Positions 33,746 through 40,329 of a stretch of DNA of 40,329 nucleotides are shown here, in pieces. Numbering within the stretch: position 1 is the first letter of the stretch; every line of letters begins with the position of its first letter. This DNA comes from Macrostomum lignano (lineage: Eukaryota): NCBI GenBank assembly GCA_002269645.1, contig NIVC01002505.1:1-40329 (forward strand). Direction: 5' to 3'. A program made the translations under genes and the position numbers. Under the pieces are notes generated by a model. It was not told the origin of the DNA. It did not search any database and worked only from the letters and a program-made list of their open reading frames with translations.

Positions 33746-35719
33746 TTTACAAATACAGTACCATGCTTTGTATTTTGTAACTGCATGTTCTATAAACAAT
33801 GAGTCTTATTTGTCTATAAAAAGTTTGCCTATTAAATACGAATAAATATATATATATCTCAAAATAAGCTATATTGTAAAAAAATCAAGTTCATTCCCAA
33901 AATACACGCGAGCCGTTTTGATGTAAACTGTTTATCCGATTAACGTAGACAAATATATATTAGTATTGTTATATTCTGTTTTATTAGTATATTTGGCTTT
34001 AATTGTTTAAAAATACAGAAAAATATACTAGAAGGCAGCAATTATAATCCAGTGAAAGCAAATTAATCACAAGAGTGGCAAAGAGACAGTTGAAGCGTTG
34101 CAAAGAGTTTCAAAAGAAGTCTTTTTATAGAAAAAATATTCAAGAACAACAGCTTCCGCGTACGTGACAAAACGAAGATTTTTAATTTGTAGCTTAGCAA
34201 AGACAAACAAAGCAAAACGATTTAACTTTTTCCGGCGTTAACTGCGACAGAAGAACAGGTTCTCACATGCAATTAACAAGGACTGCTCAAGTAAAAGTAC
34301 TTCATTATAACTCGATTGATATTCCTATAGAGCTTTTTGTTTAGAATAAAAATGTTTCATTATATTAGGCAAGTATACGAGTATATATAGGCCATACTTA
34401 TGAGAAAGCTTACCTAGTTGCTAGTTATGCCATTTTATGACTTTCCGACACAGGAGAAGTACGTACAAGAGGAAATTAGCATATAGAATCCTAATTTTCT
34501 TTAAAACAGCTCTTCGAATATCAATAGAGTTATTATAAACGAAGCCACATCAGGAGATGCAGAAACATTGGGTCTGCCCTGCCTTAGGCAACTATAAATT
34601 TTGCGCTGTAAAATATGAAAATCGCTATGATCTCCAAAATGTACTAATTGGTAATTATTGATAAAACTGATTGATTGCATCAGTAACTAAATTGAAACAA
34701 TTTTGGCGAAAAAAATTAAAGTTAGAGAGAAAGCTTCAATAATGAAGACATTAAGGAGGTCAGGGAAACAACAAATCAGTTGACAACGCAGATAAAACGT
34801 TTAATAAAGATGAGAACGCGATATTGAGAAGGCATTTGAAAACGAAGCTCTTAAATCTCAAAAAAAATTATAGAAAAGGCGTCTTCAACTGAAATTTTAT
34901 CAAGTATGATCGAGTGTTGAGTGCTAGCTAACTTCCTAAATCCTAACCCACAGAGGCATCAAATCAGATTAACGCCCATCTCAAGTCTCGGGCACAATTA
35001 GCAATTCAAGACTCCTCATGGGAACAGAAAAATCCTGGCGCCTAATCAGTGCGACATGAAAATCAATTCTAGATCTTATAGCTGACACTTTTTCAGGGGG
35101 GGGGGATATTTCAGCGCTTCTATAGTGGATTAAAAATTTTCATTCCAACACGAAATTAATTTGACACACAACAGACGGTTTGGTAAACGTGCGCTCGCGC
35201 TTACTACAAGTAGCATTTACAGGAAAAGTTATCTTGTATAAAAAATACAGTTTAAAGTATAAAAAATAAAGAGAATTGTGGCGGTCACGCCACACGCGCG
35301 TACGCGCTCCAGCAGCCACCCCAACCCCGGCCGGGGAGGCCGGCGCTAGGTGCACGGTCGCTGTGCGTTGATTGGCTGCCCAGTGTACACCGCTGGCCTA
35401 TATAACTTTAGACTTTTGTCTCGCGCGCCTCCACTCTGCTACTTCCAAATAAACTTTACGTGGCTCAACTCGCCACAAAATTTTATGACTCAATGGGTAA
35501 AAATTCTTCATATCTCACTCTCCATTCAATCCGAATGCTTGGTAAGTATTATAGTGTCGGTTTTGGGGGCGTTACAGCTTCTATAGAAAGTATTAACATG
35601 TAACCAGGCTGATCAACAAGCCTATAAGTTTCTATAAATCTAAATCTAAGAAGTATTAATTTAGCAACCAATTTTTCACCTATCTAAATATACCCTTTTT
35701 GCAGCATATATTGTTATAC

Positions 35720-35930
35720 TGTAAAGAGACGAGAGAGGAGAAGAGAGGAGAGAGGGTAGAGAGAAGAGAGAAGAGACGAGGGAGAAGAGAAGAGAGAGCA
35801 GAGATGAGAGAAAAGAGATGAGATAAAAAGAAAATTGATAAAAGAGGAGAGAAGAGAGAGAGAATACAAGAGGATAAATAAGATGAGAAAAGAAAATCCG
35901 AGAGGAAAGAGGAGAAAGGAGAGAAGTTTC
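35720..35930. repeat. GA-rich polypurine low-complexity tract
   Basis: Almost only A and G on the + strand. Confidence 0.85.
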
Positions 35931-36208
35931 AAAGAAGCCCACATGCTTAAGACAGACATTTAGAGAGATTCATTCTGCGTGGCGGCACCCCAGCTGACCA
36001 GATCAATGCTTGGCTCAAATCTTAATTTAACACGAATTTACTCCATTTTTCAAACCTCTATATCTTAAATATTGACAAGTTTTTGTTTGAGTATTAGTAT
36101 GACTTCAAAATAAAGAATTTTTGCAAAAATAGGTCCGGGGATCGGAATTCTGCGGGTTTAAAATCCGCGGTTTTCAACAGCTTATACTTTAATATGAAGC
36201 ACTTATTA

Positions 36209-36214
36209 TTTATT
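36209..36214 (-). terminator. Probable polyadenylation signal of the TRAF gene
   Basis: TTTATT on + (AATAAA on -), about 130 nt after the stop at 36344. Confidence 0.5.
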
Positions 36215-36343
36215 CACCATTTTTTGTTAAACCAGGTGCCAAAGCGCCCCGCAATGCAAAACACTGGCTATCTACAGCTAGCCTGGTCTAAAGCATCTCA
36301 AGTTTTATCGGTGCTTTTCGTTTACCGAGCTTTCTTCAACGTT

Positions 36344-39168
36344 TCAAAACGGTTTGATATTCTCGCAATCGACCGTCACTTTGATGAAGATTGAGTCGTC
36401 TCGTACAAACTGCTTGGCGGCGATGCAGTCCAAGTCGGCGAAGCGAACGCATCCGAAGCTGGGATTTCGTTCGCCAATCGGCCTGTCAAGGAATGGCCGA
36501 TTCTCGGAGCACAGATTCGGTTTGAACGAGTAGGAAATGTTGCGCCTGGCTTCGGTTTGATCTCGCTGGTCGAGTAATTCGAAGTTGATTCGATGGCTGA
36601 ATGGCCACTGAAGCAGCGAGTCGTTGTCGCTTTTACAGATGCAGATGAACACCGACATGTACTTTCCGCGGGCTGCGCGGAATTAACGGTGAATTATTGG
36701 CTTTGTTTTAGTAATTTAAAGAAGTCTGCAAACTTGTTTTCTTCAAAATTACGTGTTGAAGACAAAGTACACACCATGACAAAAATAAATAATTATAGCT
36801 AATATTCGCTTCAAATAAATACAGTATTCATTGAATGCATTGGAGTAACTCAAACTGGCTTTCTAATTTTTGGACTGAACATTTTAGCGCACTTCAGTAA
36901 AACAATTTTACTTGGTTGTACTCGGGAACTATTAATAGATAACAACAGTCTAAAAACTAATGTTTTGAGTGGCCTTAAGTTCTTCATCAGAAACACAAAT
37001 ACTTGTGGATCCACATGCTTTTAATATAGCACTAACCCTTAATCGATTTTTCCATTTAGCTCGTAAATCCATATTGATTAAAAAGAGAATAAAGAGATCG
37101 AGAATAAGGACATATATATTAGTCTATACTATACTTATACTTACATTATATAGTATATTATGCCAATGGTTATACAAAGTACAAAGACAGTCGTAAAGTG
37201 TTTTTACTTACGTGCGTTAAACATGCAGGTCACCAGATTTTAAAAATTATACGCCACGATCTACTTACTCTACGCCCATATGCTACTTAACTATTCAAGT
37301 ATAAGTATGCAATGCCATTTCAAGCCAACAAGAATTGTGGCTCCAATTATGTAAATGTTCCTTTAAGTCACAAGTTGGAAAGTTGTCAAAAATTTCAAAG
37401 TTCAATATTATTTATATTAGCTAGCTATTCCCTTTCAAAACTATTTTGGGTAAAATTTTAAGCTTTTGGTTGCTAAAACTTGTTTTAAACGCGTCCTCTT
37501 ATAATTAGCTATCGTGGATTTAATTTGAAACGGGGGTTGGGGGCCCTATGAAAGCTTTCGCAAGTTCTGACCAACTTAATTAAATACTATAATTAAAAGT
37601 ACATATCTATCTAAAAAAAGTAGTATAGGTAGAATTAATCTTTCTGAATTTACCAAATCCTAGCGAATTAAAATGTTTTTTCTCGGCTAGCAAGTATTTT
37701 TCTACTTTTCAAAACGTAATTTGGAAGCTATGCGTAATATAACAAAGTTGCATATATACAGTTTCAAAAGATACTTTAATCTTGAAAAAAGTTAAGTCTA
37801 GGCTAATTTTTTCAAAAGTGAAATGATTGTTATTATACTTTCATTGTTAGACGTAATGAAAAAGAAGACTAAAATTTCTTGCCTAGCATACAAATTTCAG
37901 GATTTGCACGTAAGCGTGTGACCCAACTCATACAATTTATCCTAGAATATAATTGGCCTGTAGCACTGGTAAAGCAGAGCTAGCTACAGACAAATTATTC
38001 AGCAAATTTTTAATTGCAAGAAAACCAATCCAAGGTTAATATCAGCCCACATCACGTATTGGGGCATGACAATTTGTTAAAAATCGTGTGTAATCCTAAT
38101 GCCTGTCAATTTTTTTTCATCATTCAACTAAAACTTTTTGTCACGAACTAAATAAAAAAAACTCTTTAATATACAAATTTTTTATACATGTTCAATTTTT
38201 ACGAGCTAAGTATAGAAGCTAATGAAACAAATAATGGTTTTTCATTGGGAAAAATTAGGTTGAGATTACATTGTAATGGGATTATATTGAGATTGGATCA
38301 TACTGAGATGGGATTAGATGATTGAGATAGGATCAGATTAAGATTAGATCAGATTGAGATTAGATCAGATATAGATTAGATCAGATTAACATTGGATCAG
38401 ATTGAGATTAGATCAGATATAGATTAGATCAGATTGAGATTAGATCAGATTTAGATTGGATCAGATTTAGATTGGATCAGATTGAGATTGGATCAGATTG
38501 ACATTGGATCAGATTGAGATTAGATCAGATTAACATTGGATCAGATTGGGATTAGATCAGATTAAGATTAGATCAGATTGGGATTGGATCAGATTTAGAT
38601 TGGATCAGATTGAGATTAGATCACATTGAGATTAGATCAGATTGTGATTGGATCAGATTGAGATTGGATTAGACTGAGATGAGATGAGATTGACATCGGA
38701 TTAGAGTTCAGTAGGATTAAGATTACAAATTCTATGAACAATATGTGATTAGACACTGCTACATGTATTTGTATTGATAAGTGAGGACTAATCTGCTAAT
38801 AAAGATAACAAATTCCCGTGCTCAGCATCCTCACCAGCCCCATCGCCAAACAGGCAGGCTGACGCAGCCAACTTATATCCATGCCGATGACTCAGAAATG
38901 GCGGGCTGTAGATGGTGACCTTCTTTCCAGACTTCGCCTCCGCCAGCTTTTCGGCGTAGTTCTCGATTCGCCAGATCATCTGCGGCCCGTAGACGGACTC
39001 CATGCAGCGGATGCGCTTCTCCAAGCCGATAACTTTCTCCTCGAGGTCAGCGGCTTGTTTTTCTTTTGTTTCCAGGCGCTCACGAGCCGACTTGAAGGCT
39101 GTGCAAAGTAGCTCAGTGTGATACGACTGCATAGTTTGCAGGTGCGACTGGACATCCTGCTTCTTGCC
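36344..39168 (-). CDS. TRAF4: TNF receptor-associated factor (TRAF4-like), last two exons: coiled coil plus TRAF-C/MATH domain; 5' part lies outside the window
   Basis: complement(join(36344..36672,38835..39168)) gives ...LEEKVIGLEKRIRCMESVYGPQMIWRIENY...IYSPPFLSHRHGYKLAASACLFGDGA|ARGKYMSVFICICKSDNDSLLQWPFSHRINFELLDQ...FVRDDSIFIKVTVD. TRAF motifs are clear and the intron is phase 1 GT-AG. The paralogue number is tentative. Confidence 0.9.
38280..38720. repeat. 5/10-bp satellite (GATTA/GATCA/GATTG) in the TRAF intron
   Basis: Direct periodicity. Confidence 0.9.
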
Positions 39169-39180
39169 CTGGGTGTTGTT

Positions 39181-40329
<1,149 letters not shown>

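Noticed and set aside
32548-33799. Repeat ORFs (LNTPEEGLTVY)n and (LLILLPVCLNE)n; CRISPR-like look
   Set aside because: By-products of a 33-bp unit; frames break at the 32-bp variants; no unique spacers; eukaryotic context
35270-35400. GC-rich patch with an inverted CCAAT box as a promoter
   Set aside because: Lies between two convergent 3' ends with no associated ORF; may be a repeat fragment, which cannot be supported from one copy

Overview
Eukaryotic (animal) genomic DNA with spliceosomal introns, rich in tandem repeats. The style suggests a free-living flatworm such as Macrostomum, but this is inference only. The window is dominated by one giant 34-exon + strand gene (5039-29664) that I could splice by hand in consistent phase, apart from one 1-nt frameshift near 7144. 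It encodes a predicted secreted protein of about 5,476 aa: signal peptide, VWD-C8-TIL, 2x ShKT, a very long Lys/Arg/Cys-rich repeated module array, a degenerate vWA domain, more modules, ShKT, PAN/apple, ShKT, modules and a final ShKT. Downstream are a probable single-exon orphan membrane protein (+, 31910-32530) and the last two exons of a TRAF4-like gene (- strand), whose upstream intron is a (CTAA)n array. Also present: a TA-flanked MITE, two copies of a tRNA-derived SINE, two copies of a second interspersed repeat and many mini/microsatellites.
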